Shown one piece after another: positions 11,997 to 25,214 of a stretch of DNA of 60,000 nt. The position numbers and the translations under genes were made by a program. The stretch comes from Felis catus. Lineage: Eukaryota. The stretch is from contig NC_058382.1 of NCBI RefSeq assembly GCF_018350175.1, positions 50,842,001-50,902,000 of the forward strand, read 5' to 3'. Position 1 is the first letter of the stretch, and every line of letters starts with the position of its first letter. The notes below the pieces were generated by a model, which did not search any database, was not told where the DNA came from, and saw only the letters and a list, made by a program, of their open reading frames with translations.

Positions 11997-12026
11997 TCAC
12001 TTGAGCCCTCTCTCTCTCTCAAAAAA
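11836..12026 (+). mobile_element. Can-SINE variant with atypical body (…gagccccgctttaggtgagccccgcttctc…)
   Basis: Standard head, different central segment, long (CT)n. Confidence 0.85.
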
Positions 12027-12109
12027 CAATTGTTTTTTAGAAATTTAAAAATTTGGAAATTTCATTTCTAAGAAGTTCATTTTTTTCCAAATGTGCTTTA
12101 TCTTTTAAA

Positions 12110-12680
12110 AATCTTTTTAATGGTTGCCCTAGACATCATAATATGCTTTTATAACTAACTTAACTATATTTTCAAATAATACTATACTGTTTCAGACACC
12201 TTAAAAAAGATTATGAGCCAGTCCCCCTCCCATCCCCTGTAACATTGCTGGCATTCATGTCATCGTCCATACTGATCTATTAGATCAATTAAGAATATGA
12301 TGAGATTTTGTTTTACTTCATTATTTTTCCAGTGCTTTCTCTTTCCTTTTGTAGATCTGAGTTTCTTCTTTCTGAAAAATTTCTTTTAGCATTCCTCACA
12401 GGACATGATTGCTGGCAATGCACTCCCTGTTTTAGTTTGTCTAAAGGAAGTCTATTTCTCTTTCACTCTTGAAGGGTGATTTTGCTGGATATAGAATTCT
12501 AAGTTGGTGTGTTTTGTTTTTCTTTCAACACTTAAAAATTTCACTCTGTTCTCTTCCTGCTTGTATGGTTACTGACACAAAGTCCACTGTAAATTATTAT
12601 CCTTGTTCCTCTAGAGATAAGGAAATACCTTTGTGCCCTCAGCTTCTGTTAAGATTTTATCTTCGTCTTAGGTTTTGTGC
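12110..12680 (-). mobile_element. Old L1M internal fragment
   Basis: ttgaagggtgattttgctggatatagaattctaagttgg is typical of antisense L1M ORF2. Confidence 0.65.
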
Positions 12681-13629
12681 ACTTCATTTCTTGTGTTTTG
12701 ATCCACTCTTAGACATTTGTCAATACTTGGTTTGCATTAATTTCACAATCTTTAGTTCTTGGGTTCTGATTACACATATTTTTTTCCCGACAACTCTTGC
12801 TAATATGATTTTTTCCTTTTAATATCTTGTTATTCTGAAGTGTGAGCTCATCCTTGGTGTATCTGTTTGGGAAAAATCAACCTCTTGAGCTGATAAAGGG
12901 TCTTTTTTTTTCTTTTTGTAAGTATGTTTTTAACTTCTGCAAGGTAGTGGTTGCAATATCAACTGTGGATAAATTTAAATTTATTTCTCAGCCTGAGTTT
13001 TTCCCAATTACAACAGTATTATGAATTTGAACCCCAAATACATATGAGGGCATGCCTATGCTTATAAATACTTAAGCAATTTTTAAAAATTTACATCCTA
13101 GACTGAAACAGGCCAAGTCCTTTGCTTGCTCCTACATTAAGAGGGTAACACTTGGAAGTATCAGTTAAGAGGTCTTCAAGTATTTCAAATTCAACCTATT
13201 TGGATGTAAACTCTTTATCTCTTCCCTCATAGATTATCAGGACTACGATGGAATTATTGTGATGATTTAGTAAGGTATAGTGTGGTGGTGAATCCCTCAA
13301 CAAAACATCATCGAGTTACAATACATCAACATAGTCAAGAGTTAGTAAATTAAACATTGTGTTTGGCATAGTCACTTAAAACTAGAGGCTTTAAACCACC
13401 TAGAAGAATTCCTATCAGGCCCTGTATTGGCCTTATAAGCTAATTCCAAAAGAAAAAAAAAGACTTAAAAATTAATTACCACTATATAAATATTTTATAA
13501 TTTCTTCAGAGCATAATGTCAATATTTCAATGCAAAATCCCTTGAGCCTGACTTCTGGTTCATGAGTTGCTAATGCTGTTAGTTATTTGCTATATTGAGA
13601 TCCTTTCGCCCATAAAGAAAACTGGGTTC

Positions 13630-14628
13630 TCTTAAAACAAAGACTAATTTTTGATTCCCCCTCCAAACCCACCTACCCCAAACCTATACCCCTCCCCCCG
13701 GCCAGCTCTCCTCTCTCAGGAAATGGCAGCTCTCCTCGAGGTGTTCAGACTAAAATCCTGGGGTCATCTTGATTCCCCCCTCTTTTACCAATCCTATCTA
13801 CTCCTCCAGCAAATCCTGAAAACCTTACCTTTAAAACGTATCCAGAATCCAAACCTCTCTCTCCAGCATGTTTGTTGTAAGCTGGTAATTAATCTATGTG
13901 CTTCTATCTTTTCTGTACTCCACAGAACGACCAGAGAGAGCCTCTATTATTTATTCAGGATACGGCACTTTATTTACTGAGTCAGACCACATCACACCCT
14001 GCTCATAACTCTCCAATGACTTCTCATCTCACTCAGAATAAAATTCAAAGTTCTAAAGCAACATGCCTCAAAGACTCTATGTGATGCAGCCAGAAAACAG
14101 AATGTCTTGCAACTCAGTTAATGTAACTCCCTTCTCCAATGTCTATTCCTCAAGGAGACTGTCCTGGACCAGGGGACATAAAACTATAGCACATCTCTTG
14201 GGGCACTTGGGTAGCTCAGTCAGTTAAGCTACCGACTTCAGCTCAGGTCATGATCTCGCGGTTTGTGAGTTCGAGCCCCGCATCAGGCTCTGCACTGACA
14301 GCTCAGAGGCTGGAGCCCGTTTCGGATTCTGTGTCTCCCTCTCTCTCTGCCCCTCCCCTGCTCACGCTCTGTCTCTCTTTCCTTCAAAAATAAATAAACC
14401 TTAAAAAAAAAAAACTATATCACATTCCCCTGTCACTCTATCCCTTCCTCTGTTGAATTATGCTTTCTTTCTATCCACAGAATCACCTAGTATTCCTACA
14501 CACTTCTCGACGTTTACTCATTATCTATTGATAATAATCTGTCTCTGTGGAGTTTGCTGTTATTTCTACAGGAGCCAGATCACTGGCTGGGAACAAAGTA
14601 GGTGCTTTATCAACATCTGTTCATTCAT
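13630..14628 (+). mobile_element. L2 fragment interrupted by a SINE
   Basis: ctggggtcatcttgattcc…caaatcctg…tatccagaatcc…; 3' end gtaggtgctttatcaacatctgtt. Confidence 0.7.
14200..14410 (+). mobile_element. Can-SINE
   Basis: Full length; TSD aaaactata(g/t)cacat. Confidence 0.95.
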
Positions 14629-15260
14629 CGAAAAACATTTGTTTCACTATATTTAGTGTTCAGAATAAAGTGTTGAGCCAAATGTCCATGTGTTCAATAC
14701 ATTATTAAACATAGAACAGTAAAAAAATGTATATTGGTTCTATAAAGGGTGTATAAACAGAGCATCTCATCTGCTTTAGGGAATGACTCACTTCTCTGAA
14801 GAACTGACATCTGTACAGATATGGGTGGGTGAAAGGTATTTTGAGTGACAAGGGCATTTCAGGTTGAGGATCAGCGTGTGCAAAGGCCCTGTGGCAGGAA
14901 GGAGCAAGGCCTAGTCATGTAACTGAGAGAAGCCCAATGTGCCTGTTGAACACAGGAAAGGGGGAGACTGAGAGTAAGACAAATAGTGGGCAAAGCTCAA
15001 AAGTCTGCACAGATCTTGATAAAAGTATTCTCGATCCTTGGGCAACTGAGCAGTTAGTGCAGTTTGAAATATTTAGATCAGGCAATCAGGTTCCCAAGTA
15101 AGAAGACAATTGTGCCTCCAGGGAACTAAATGCAGAGACTTTTGCCATAATCTGCAACATGAACTAGGAAATGGATTGCAGCCTATCTGTGGATAGTTTC
15201 CTAGAGACATCCGGAGGTTGAATTGGCATTGCCTGATGACTAATTAGACTCTGAGGAAAT
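14620..15260 (-). mobile_element. L2 fragment
   Basis: cagcgtgtgcaaaggccctgtggcaggaagg is a hallmark of antisense L2. Confidence 0.65.
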
Positions 15261-15920
15261 TGTTAAGTATCACAAACACCTCCTAGATGAATGGTTTGCT
15301 CAGATGTAAGGACAATGGCGCTGTTTGCTGCTCTGGGAGGGAAAGGAAGGTGCGAATATGAATTTGGATGCACACGCTTTTCTCTCCCTCAGCAGTGATA
15401 TTTAGAGACTGCATTATTGTTCCTGAACAAACTCGGCCCTCCAATTTCTGCAAATTATGTTGGTAAGAGAGCTGCTCATTTTAAAACTATCCTCACATGT
15501 ATGACTGCATCTTAAATGTGGCAGATTTTAGAAGTGTCCCAGCAAATAACTGTAATACATTATAAGGTCCCTTATGACCTTTATTTTCTCTTTGCTATGC
15601 TGCTGTGGAGTGATTTACTCATGCTTGTTTGCAGGACAAGGTGGGGGAATTTGAACCTAAAGAATATTTTAAAAAGTAATTCTTGTCTCCAAACAATTTA
15701 AAGTTTGAAATATGCAATAAATAATGTCCAAATAATAAAGTAATACATCTTCTAGGAACAGTTCTCTGTATAAGAAGCAGGTCTCATGGATTATCTTCAT
15801 TGCCAATAATCAAAATCTTAAATCAGAGGCAAAATATTAGCTCCTGAAATATTAGTGTCAGTAGAAAAATACAGAGATGCTTCATCATTTAATTTCAGTA
15901 GAGGCTACCTCAGGGTTTTC

Positions 15921-15959
15921 TTTCTTTTTGTTTTTAATTAAAAAATTTTTTTTGAGACA

Positions 15960-16017
<58 letters not shown>

Positions 16018-16137
16018 GTGAGTGGGGGAAGGGAAGAAAGAGAGGAGGAAAGAGAATCCCAAGCAGGCTCTGTGAGATCATGACCTGAGCTGAAATCGAG
16101 AGTGGGACACTTAACTAACTGAGCCTCCCAGGCCCCT
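15921..16137 (-). mobile_element. Can-SINE, internally deleted, with expanded (CA)n at 15957-16014
   Basis: gagatcatgacctgagctgaaatc…gagcctcccaggcccc; TSD acct(c/g)ag(g/t)gttttc. Confidence 0.9.
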
Positions 16138-16510
16138 CAACCTGAGTGTTTTCAAATAAATGACAGAAGTAAACTCAACAGAACATTTTATTAATTTAAA
16201 AACTGGTCATAAGTGGGTTTGAAATAATTCTATTTTACTGAAACATTATGAAAATATAGATCTTGAAGTCAACTATTTAGGTTTGAATTATGAAATACTT
16301 AATCATTACTTAGATGGTTTAACAATATCAAAATATCTGAATAATTATCTATTTTCACTCTTTATATAAGTGGCTGCTACTCTATGGAAACAACCACAAT
16401 TGTATATATATATATTATTAAATTTAAATGCAATATATTAACTTTGCATCTTGGTTCAGAGTATAATATTGAAGAAAACCAAAAACAACATTGCATCTAA
16501 CCCATGAGGG

Positions 16511-16514
<4 letters not shown>

Positions 16515-16565
<51 letters not shown>

Positions 16566-16599
16566 CACACACAAACCCACCCACCCACCCACCCACCCA
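16515..16599. repeat. Compound (CA)n + (CCCA)n microsatellite
   Basis: Directly visible. Confidence 0.95.
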
Positions 16600-16860
16600 T
16601 ATATCTAGCCATTTTCCATTACTGCAAAGTATATTCTGACTTAGAAAGTGAGCCAAATGTCCCACAGAAAGGAAAAATCACAAGCAGCTCTCTTTGAAGT
16701 AGATCTGACTTGAACAACCTAGAGCTCAAAAGCACATTGAAAAAGAATCTTTTCATGATTTGAAGGAAGTCATCTCACTGTTGCTGAGCATGACTGGGTA
16801 ATCAGAATTGGAGTGGGAATCTATAGGGAAAAATTACTTTAACACAGATTGGTTATCCTT

Positions 16861-17044
16861 GAGGTGTGATTCAGTCGGTTGGGCATCCAACTCTTGATTC
16901 CTGCCCAGGTCATGATCCCAGGGTCGTGGGATCGAACCCTGCATTGGGCTCTGCGTTGAACATGGAGCCTCCTTAAGATTCTCTCTCTCTCCCTCTGCTA
17001 CTCTCCCCCCCCCACCTCTCAAAAATAAATAAATTAAATTAAAT
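16861..17044 (+). mobile_element. Older Can-SINE
   Basis: ctcttgatt…ggtcatgatcccagggtcgtgggatcgaaccc body; TSD aga(t/c)tggttatcctt. Confidence 0.9.
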
Positions 17045-17229
17045 AGACTGGTTATCCTTACATGAATAACTAAGCCTTACATAAAAGATAGGATTACCAT
17101 ATTTGGGTTTATATAACATGTATCTTGATATTCCAGAGACAATATATTTGGCAAAATTACTAGAAAATCATGTAATAATCATTTCATTATTGAACAGAAT
17201 TTGTATAGAAGAAACTTCTTACTAACTGA

Positions 17230-18600
17230 CAAGGTTGGGCTCTTACGAAGAAAGCTGCTGTAAACACTTGTCTGCATGTCTGTGTGGGATATAGGTTTTC
17301 ATTCCCCAGAATAAATATCTAGGAGTTGAATTGTTGGGTCAGAAGGAAAATCTATGTTTCACTTTTTAAGAAGCCCTCAAACTGTTCTCTTAAATGATTT
17401 TATAATTTTGTATCCGTCCCAGTAATGTAGGACGGTTCCAGATGCAAGAAATACTCACCATCCTTTGGTACTTTCAGGTGCAGTTGTATTTCACTGTGGT
17501 ATTAATTTGCATATCCCTGATGACTAATGAGGTTGAGCATCTTTTCACCGGCTTCACAGCAAATTGTATATTTTGCAACTCACGTGTTCAACTATTTTGC
17601 CACTTATTTTAAATAATTTTTTTATTTCAGAAAGTTTTAGATTTATAGAAAAATTTGTGGACACAGTACAGTGTTCCCTTACACCCTTGTCCCAGTTTCC
17701 CCCATTATTAATATTTCATATTAGCATGGTGCGTTTGTTAATTTAAATGAGCTGAGATTAAAACACTACGAAAACCCATACTTTATTCAGCTTTCTTACT
17801 TTTTACCTTATGCATTTTTTCTGTTCCTGGATCCCATTTGTGATAATGTGTTATATATATAGTAATCATGTTTCCTTAGGCTACTCGTGAAAATTTCTCA
17901 GACTTCTCCTATTTTTGATGACCTTGACAATGCAGAGTAGTGGTCAAGGATTTTGAAAAATGTACCTCTACTGGGATTTTTCTGATATGTTTCTTATGAT
18001 TAGCTTAGGGTTATGGGTTTCGGGAAGGAAGAACACAGGGGTACAGTGTAATGTTTTATCACATAATATCAAGGGTACATAAATCAATGTGACTTATTTC
18101 TCTTGATGTTAACCTTGATCTCCAGGCTGAGGTAGTGTTGGTTGGGTTTCTCAAGTTACTCTATATTTTTCCCCTTTTCCATACGGCGTTCTTGAGAAGG
18201 AGGTCACTGGTGCAGCCCACACTGAGGAGAGGGATTTATACTTCAATTCGCCGGGGGCAGACTATCTACGTAAAATATTTGCAATTCTTCTGCAGGGCAG
18301 ATTTGTCTCTCCTCCTCCACTCATTTATTAATATCTGTATGGACTCACAGATTTTATACTTATTTTATACTTTGTGTTATAATCTAATACCACTTTATCT
18401 CTTTTATTGCTCCAATCAACCCTCTTTAGCCATTGGGAACTCGTTCAGTTGGATCTTGTGTTGCTTTGACATTCACTGTAGTTTTTTGTTTGCTTGTTTG
18501 TACCATTTCCCTACTTTTCAGCACTGCAAGACACACCAGGCTCACCTTGTGTCTTCTGTCCCAGTTTCGTAACTAGCATTTTCCCAAAGATCCCCCAGTC
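17230..18600 (-). mobile_element. Old L1 fragments (ORF2 end at 17230-17600; L1MC/MD-type 3' UTR at 17610-18600)
   Basis: aatttgcatatccctgatgactaatgaggttgagcatcttttc and agttttagatttatagaaaaatt…; same family as 1-490. Confidence 0.75.
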
Positions 18601-18678
18601 CTTTGAGTGGAAATGTGGATGTCTAGCAGAGATAGTTTTCCTTATAAAGTTTCATGTGAATAGGGTTTTTTTAAATAT

Positions 18679-18890
18679 ATTTTTTTAATGTTTATTTTTG
18701 TTTTTTAGAAAGAGAGACAGAGCATGAGCAGGGCAGGGGCAGAGAGAGAGGGAGACACAGAATCTGAAGCAGGCTCCGGGCTCTGAGCTGTCAGCAGAGA
18801 ACCCGACATGGGGCTAGAACTCGGCAACGGTGAGATCATGACCTGAGCCGAAGTTGAACGCCCGACCAACCGAGCCACTCAGGCGCCCCC
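18679..18890 (-). mobile_element. Can-SINE
   Basis: Full reverse-complement SINE. Confidence 0.95.
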
Positions 18891-21314
18891 AGAGAAAAAG
18901 TTCTTAAATAATAATTTGGTAAAGCAGGATAATTCAAATAATGTTTATTTATCAATTAGTACTTTGTATTTGAATCTAGGCTTTGGAATCTATGTAATGG
19001 CTCCTACTAAACCTTACAAAAGCCGATCATGCTTTCTAGATGTTTTAATTATTTTAAAAACCAGTCTGCCAAAATAGAATTTTGTGACAGGTGTAAAATT
19101 TACTGAAGTGGCCTTTTCCAGCTATTCTTGCCAACCTAACACAATCTTGGGGATAAGAGAAGCAGGCTAAAGTATTTATTATATGCCTGCTCTACCTGTA
19201 GTTTTCTTCCAGTGAACCTTCCTGTGCAAGGTGCAAAGGCACCCGACACACTGCGTTGGGGAGACAAGGGTACTACATTCTAATGATGGCAAACTCCTGG
19301 AGACACCATTACATTTACAGTCTAGTTTCAATTGTGCTCTACATTAGGTACATAATACAGATATTGTAAAAATCACTTAGGAGCCTTGGGTCACTTTCTG
19401 TTAGGTGAGGAGGTTAGATTAGAGGATTTAGCAAGATTCTCTCAAGCGCTAACATGTTCTGCTAACACAATGCAACACAGAATTAAGAGTTGAAGTACTG
19501 AGTATAATTACTACAAGAGTTCAGAGAATAGAAACGATGATGTTCACTGAAACCACGGGGGAGGAAATGATGAAATATGTGTGACAGGGGATTTCAGGCG
19601 ACCGCAAAATATTTAGTGCTTGGATTTATAACCAAAGTCAAACGTTTACGACCTGGTAATCACCCTTATGTTTTATTTCATGTGACAACAGCATCGCTAA
19701 CCTGAGCCACTTTCAATCAAACTGATCGGTTGTTTTATTAAACAGCTTAATGCTTATTACTGGGCTGAGGTCTAACAGAAATGTAGGACAGGTGGTTCAC
19801 TGAAGAATAAAACACAAAGGTTATTTTAAGCCGAACTTATTTGTAAGAGTACAATTCCTGTTCTTTTAGTTGTCCCTCACTAATGAACTGCTCCTAGTGC
19901 TAACAACAATCACTGCTGGCTGGAAAATAAGATGGCTTTTTAAATGATTCCCAGACGTTAGAGAATTCTGGTTAGAGATTCTACTTGAGTTATTGTTTCT
20001 GGCCCCAAGAATTGTGTGAATCCCCACTTGCAATCAGAGAGCAGCATAGAGAAGGATCTACCAAGTGTGGCAAATAATGTTTGCTACCAACTGCTGCTCA
20101 TCATTTTCTCTGACAGATTCAGCTCACGATTAGAGGCTAAAGTAACATTCCCCACGGTGCTGAGATGTGAATTCATGAAAATAGCTGCCATCGGTAAACA
20201 TTTTAAGTGTTGAAACAGCCATCCGCTTCCAGTGCCAGGGAAAAAGATATGGTATAATGAAATTAATAAAAGGAATAGATGTGCTTCCTGGATTCAGATC
20301 CTGTAGCACAGGGAAATTCGCGTGTTTACGGGAAGAAGGTGAAACAAAATTTTATTTTGTGCTTCTGATTCCCAAAAGCAAAATGCCCCAAATTAAAGAT
20401 TTGGGAAGATGTTTTGGCTACATTGAGAAGCTTTCACAAAATCACTTGGATGGTAGTTAAAGCTCAGATGCTAAAACTTTATCAACGGGACTCTGCTCTT
20501 GCATTATTCCTTATAAAGAAGTTTTCATTACCGTATTACAGTGTGTTTTCTACTCTTCTTGCTAGGTTGGTAATTGCTAACTGAAGAGAACTTATATCTG
20601 TTCACGTAGAAAAAAACAAAAGTAAACAATAGGAAGAAAGCAGATGGGAATTAAATCCTGAATAACAACCCAAGTTCTCTTGAGCCGATATAATTGACGA
20701 GTAGAAAGAACTCTCTTTTTGCAGCAAATCAGAAAACCAAGAATCTTGCCTTTACCACCAATTCGATGTGGAAACAAACAATTCATGTTATGTGTCAGGG
20801 TTTCAGTTCTTACGGAAACAAAATGAGTAAATAGGAAAGGATCATCTGTAAGATTTCTTCCAGGCATAAATAACTGATATTTACGTTAGCGAGAACACTA
20901 CTGCCAGAGCAGAACCTTCAGATAAAAGAAAGACTCCACGCTGGTAAAGAAAATAAATAGAAAAAGGAAATCAAACACTAAGAAGCTGGCTAGACTTACA
21001 CAAAAAAACCTGACAAGAATCCCATTTGTAAGGAGGGGTATTAGACCATAAAAAAATAGACTGTTTGCATGTTAAAGTCTGGCCTTCATAACATAGATGA
21101 GGAAATTGGCCTCGGATGAGTGCAGGGCCTGGTTTGAAGTCAGGGAGTGTACAGAATGTGAGGCTGGAATCGAGGATCCCCCGACTGCCAGGAAGCTGTC
21201 TCCAGGGCACCAGCTGCCCTAGCGTCATTCTGTCATCACCGCCACATTCGTCATGATATTACATGTTCTTCCTCTTCCTTTCAGCCGCTCATAGAGATTA
21301 GATTTTCCTCCATA

Positions 21315-21420
21315 ATCATTCATTCAGCAAGTATTTATAGAGCACATATATGTGTCAGGTACCACTCTCTAAGCAAGGGATACACTGCCGTAGATGATGG
21401 GGCATTTTTCTGTCATTAGA
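21315..21420 (-). mobile_element. L2 3'-end fragment
   Basis: tcattcattcagcaagtatttatagagcac…tgtgtcaggtacc. Confidence 0.6.
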
Positions 21421-21458
21421 AGCACGCACAACAAATGTTGTGTGAAAATATTTCTCTC

Positions 21459-21662
21459 GGGGCGCCTGGGTGGCTCAATTGGTTAAGCATCCAACTTCAA
21501 CTCAGGTCATGATCTCACAGTTCGTGGGTTCGAGCCCCGCGTAGGGCTCTGTGCTGACAGCATGGAGCCTGGAGACTGCTTCAGATTCTGTGTGTTCCTC
21601 TCTGTCTGCCCCTCCCTATGCACACTCTGTCTGTCTCTGTCTCCAAAATTAACATGAAAAAA
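21459..21662 (+). mobile_element. Can-SINE
   Basis: TSD aaaa(t/c)atttctctc. Confidence 0.95.
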
Positions 21663-22328
21663 CATTTCTCTCTGGATGACATTTCAGGCTTCTCTAAGCA
21701 CTTCTATAGTCAAAATGAAGTATCAGCTCAGATTATCTGCTGTATATGAGCAGACAAAAACTGAACATGGACAACGTGCTACCATGATTTAAACATATTC
21801 CTTTGAAAAGATACAAGTTTGAAACAAAAATTACCAAGGCAAGTCTTTTCTGTTTCCCAAAAATACTCAAAAAAGCTATGGATCTTAAATAGATACAGTA
21901 AGTGTGCACAGGATGAAATTCATCCACTTAAACATGAATCCATCATTCTCAGAAGTGCTGACGGGGAAGAAACAATTGTAGTTTTTTGTACAATTTCAAA
22001 TTTACTTACCTTATCTATTTAAGTATTTGGATATTTATTATAATTACATGTACTTAATTTTTAAAATTTTGAAAGGCTATTAATTATAGAGATGTAATTA
22101 CAGAGATTAATTATAGAGATAATGATGCCCCAAAGAAATCAATTCTCTAATACAGAACACCTATGGGTAACAGAGATAAATAAAAATGATAAAAATACTA
22201 AAAAGAATGTTTTTAAGGTTTACATTAGTTTTCCCCATCCGTAGCCTACAATGTTATGTTTACTCATCTTTAGAAGATGTTAACATGACCTCTATAAAAA
22301 AAAAATTCTGTAAAAATTTTTACTTATA

Positions 22329-22505
22329 GGGGTGCCTGGGTGACTTAGTTGGTTAAGCATCCAACTTTGGCTCAGGTCATGATCTTGCAGTCTATGAGTT
22401 CAAGTCCCAGGTTGGGCTCTGTGCTGACAGCTCAGAGACTGGAGCCTGCTTCAGATTCTGTCTCCCTCTCTGTCTGCACCTTCCCCTGCTCACGCTCTGT
22501 CTCCT

Positions 22506-22543
<38 letters not shown>

Positions 22544-22566
22544 AAAAATAAATAAACATTTAAAAA
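22329..22566 (+). mobile_element. Can-SINE
   Basis: TSD aaatttttactta. Confidence 0.95.
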
Positions 22567-23509
22567 TATTTTTTAAATTTTTACTTACATAAAAATGCTG
22601 ACCGGACATGAAATACAAATTAGGTCTACATTATCCTTAAAATTCCCCTAGCACTAGACAGGTACTATGGGTAATTCTGGTGGTACTCAGGATAATCTTA
22701 CATACAAGCAGATGAAGAATCCTTGAGAAGATGTATTTAGATGCCCAAACAATTTAGATCGCTTAATAAATAGGCAAAATCCAAATAAGCAAGCCAACAA
22801 CAACCCAAACATTGCATGATAAACTTTATAAAACCAACCGGCAAGCCAAACCTCCCTATTACATAAATTGCGAAAAATTGTTAAAGTAAGTTTCAAGACC
22901 GAAGCACAGGGAATGACAAATGTGTATGAAATTTTTAAACATCACGTCAGATAAAACTTGGCGGCTTTTATGGATAATCATCAAAAGATCAGAGTCCGAA
23001 ATGAAATGATTTCTTAAATCTCAGAGTTGGCAGCCGCCCTTGATGAGACGCTGAAATTAAACCACTGCAGTCAATTTGATGGCTCAGATCTCCCTCGCAA
23101 AGCAGGCCGGCTGTGCTGACCAATGCGAGAATCTGTGGCTGTGAACTTGCCTCCCTAAAGATGTGTTCCATGTATCTACCAGCTCCTCTCACTACTGCCC
23201 TACCTCATCACATTCGGCAAAAGAGAAATCAAGTGACATTTTCATTTCCACTTAAAAACCACCTCACCAAGGCCCCAACTTTGTTAGGTACTGCTCCTGT
23301 TTTCTACTCACCACGAGGGGCAGTTCTGTCCGTGGACTACGGTCGCCATTTTTCTAGCAACCAATAACCTTTCTCTTGCCAGTTACTGAGCGTTTGTAAC
23401 AAAGCTCTTTGCCCTTTTCTTTTTTAAGCTCCGGCTCATGTTTTCCTTCTTGCCAATGCCACCTATCTTAGAATTTTGCTAGGGTAGCATCCCATGCCCA
23501 GGTGCTACT

Positions 23510-24150
23510 TTCTAGGTCATGTTTCTGCTCCTGCACAGCAAGCCACCCCCGAACTTCCTGATTTAAAATAAGAATACTTTTGGGTGCCTGGGCGGCACAG
23601 TCAGTTAAGCGTCCCATCTCAGTTCAGGTCATGATCCCTGATTTGTGAGTTCGAGCCCACCTCGGGCTCTGCTCTGCAGCTCAGCGCCTGGAGCCTACTT
23701 TAGATTCTGTGTCTCCCTCTCTCTCTGCCCCTCTCCTGCTCATACTCTGTCTGCCTCTCTCTCTCAAAAATAAATAAATATTAAAAAACATAAAACAAGA
23801 ATACTTTGTTACTGCTTACCTAGTCTACAGGCCAGCTGGGCAGCTCTCTGGTCTCAGCTGGCCTCTCTCTTCTGTGTAGAGCACCTGTGGGTCAGCGAGG
23901 CACCTCTCCTCCCACGGGTGGTCTGGCTACGCTTCTCCCTCTCATACCCCAGTGGGCCAGCTCAGGCTCTTTCCCAAGGAGGCCAGAAGGTTCTGAAAGA
24001 GAGTACAAGCAAGGTAAGCCTTCTCGAGTCCTAGGCTTGGAACCGGCACAACAACACCTCCTTTGTTGGCCAACACACATCTCGACACCAGCCCAGATTC
24101 AAGAAAAGGGAAAACAACTCCTATCTCTTAAGGGAAGAGGCTGGACCACA
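23510..24150. mobile_element. MaLR (MLT1-type) LTR remnant split by a SINE
   Basis: caagccacccccgaactt…atttaaaa…ggccagctgggcagctctctggtctcagctgg…ttcctttgttggccaa-like text…cagcccagattcaag. Confidence 0.6.
23582..23790 (+). mobile_element. Can-SINE
   Basis: TSD taaaa(t/c)aagaatacttt. Confidence 0.95.
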
Positions 24151-24998
24151 AAGGTGGTCAACAAAGGGGACAATGAGGTCAGGTTAAAACAACATTTTCC
24201 CCCAGATTTCCTACGTTCTGAGTCGATGCCTTAATTAACTAATTAAACGCAGGAACATGTATGCCATAAAGAGCCAGTACTGACCTTCTGTCATTAAAGA
24301 GGAAGAAGGTCCCTCTCTCTGAATGATCAAAAGCAATACACATTTCTAGTTGATATCATCCGTTTACTAAGGGTAAATCACACTGAATACGTGTACTTTA
24401 TATAGTGTGGCTGTAAAAAAACGTATGTAACGATTCCTTTTTTCCCTTTCATTCTCCGTTCCACCAAACAGCATGAGTGAGAGAAATACCATGACTAGAA
24501 TTCCACTGCCATCTGCACACACGTAAGGCGATCGATCCGCTTTGGTTCTGAGTCACGTTTGTGGCATTTCATAAAACGCACCAGGTACGTGTCTCATTTA
24601 GGTTCTCTCTTGTCCTGAAATCATAAAATAAAATGAATTTTCCATGGCAATCTCTGTGTCTGTAGTTTAGTATAATACAGTGAGTGACACAAACCAGCAA
24701 AGTTCCTGATGGTTTAAAAGCACAGTAAGCACACCAGCACCCACTTTTCTTCCCCCTGTGTAGGTGCCACGTGGTTCCCCCTCATATGTCTGGGTTCCCT
24801 GTTAGATAATTTTCATTCCTGTTTCCCCAGGTTCCTTCTCCAAGCTCTCACCTTCTGCCTTCTCAACAGAAATCACACTGATGATAGGTGTGAGTTTTGC
24901 TTTTTTTTCACGACAACAACGGAAGATTTCCCATGAAGAGCCATACTGTCAGATAATTATGAGCCAAAGGCTTATTGTATTTTAAACACTTTAAGAAA

Positions 24999-25214
24999 TT
25001 TTTAATGTTTCTTTTTTGAGAGAGAGAGAGAGAGAGACAGAGACAGATCATGAGCAGGGGAAGGGCAGAGAGAGAGGGAGACCCAGAATCTGAAGCAGGC
25101 TCTAGGCTCTGGGCTGTCAGCACAGAGCCCAACGCGGGGCTTGAACTCACAAACCGCAAGATCATGACCTGGGCTAAAGTCGGACGCTTAACCGACTGAG
25201 CCACCCAGGTGCCC
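24999..25214 (-). mobile_element. Can-SINE
   Basis: Full reverse-complement SINE. Confidence 0.95.

Noticed and set aside
13211..13280. Strong + strand acceptor ctctttatctcttccctcatag
   Set aside because: Followed quickly by stops and only a weak donor, with no partner + strand exons found.
15877..16697. HTHTHT and VCVCVC ORFs
   Set aside because: (CA)n microsatellite translations.
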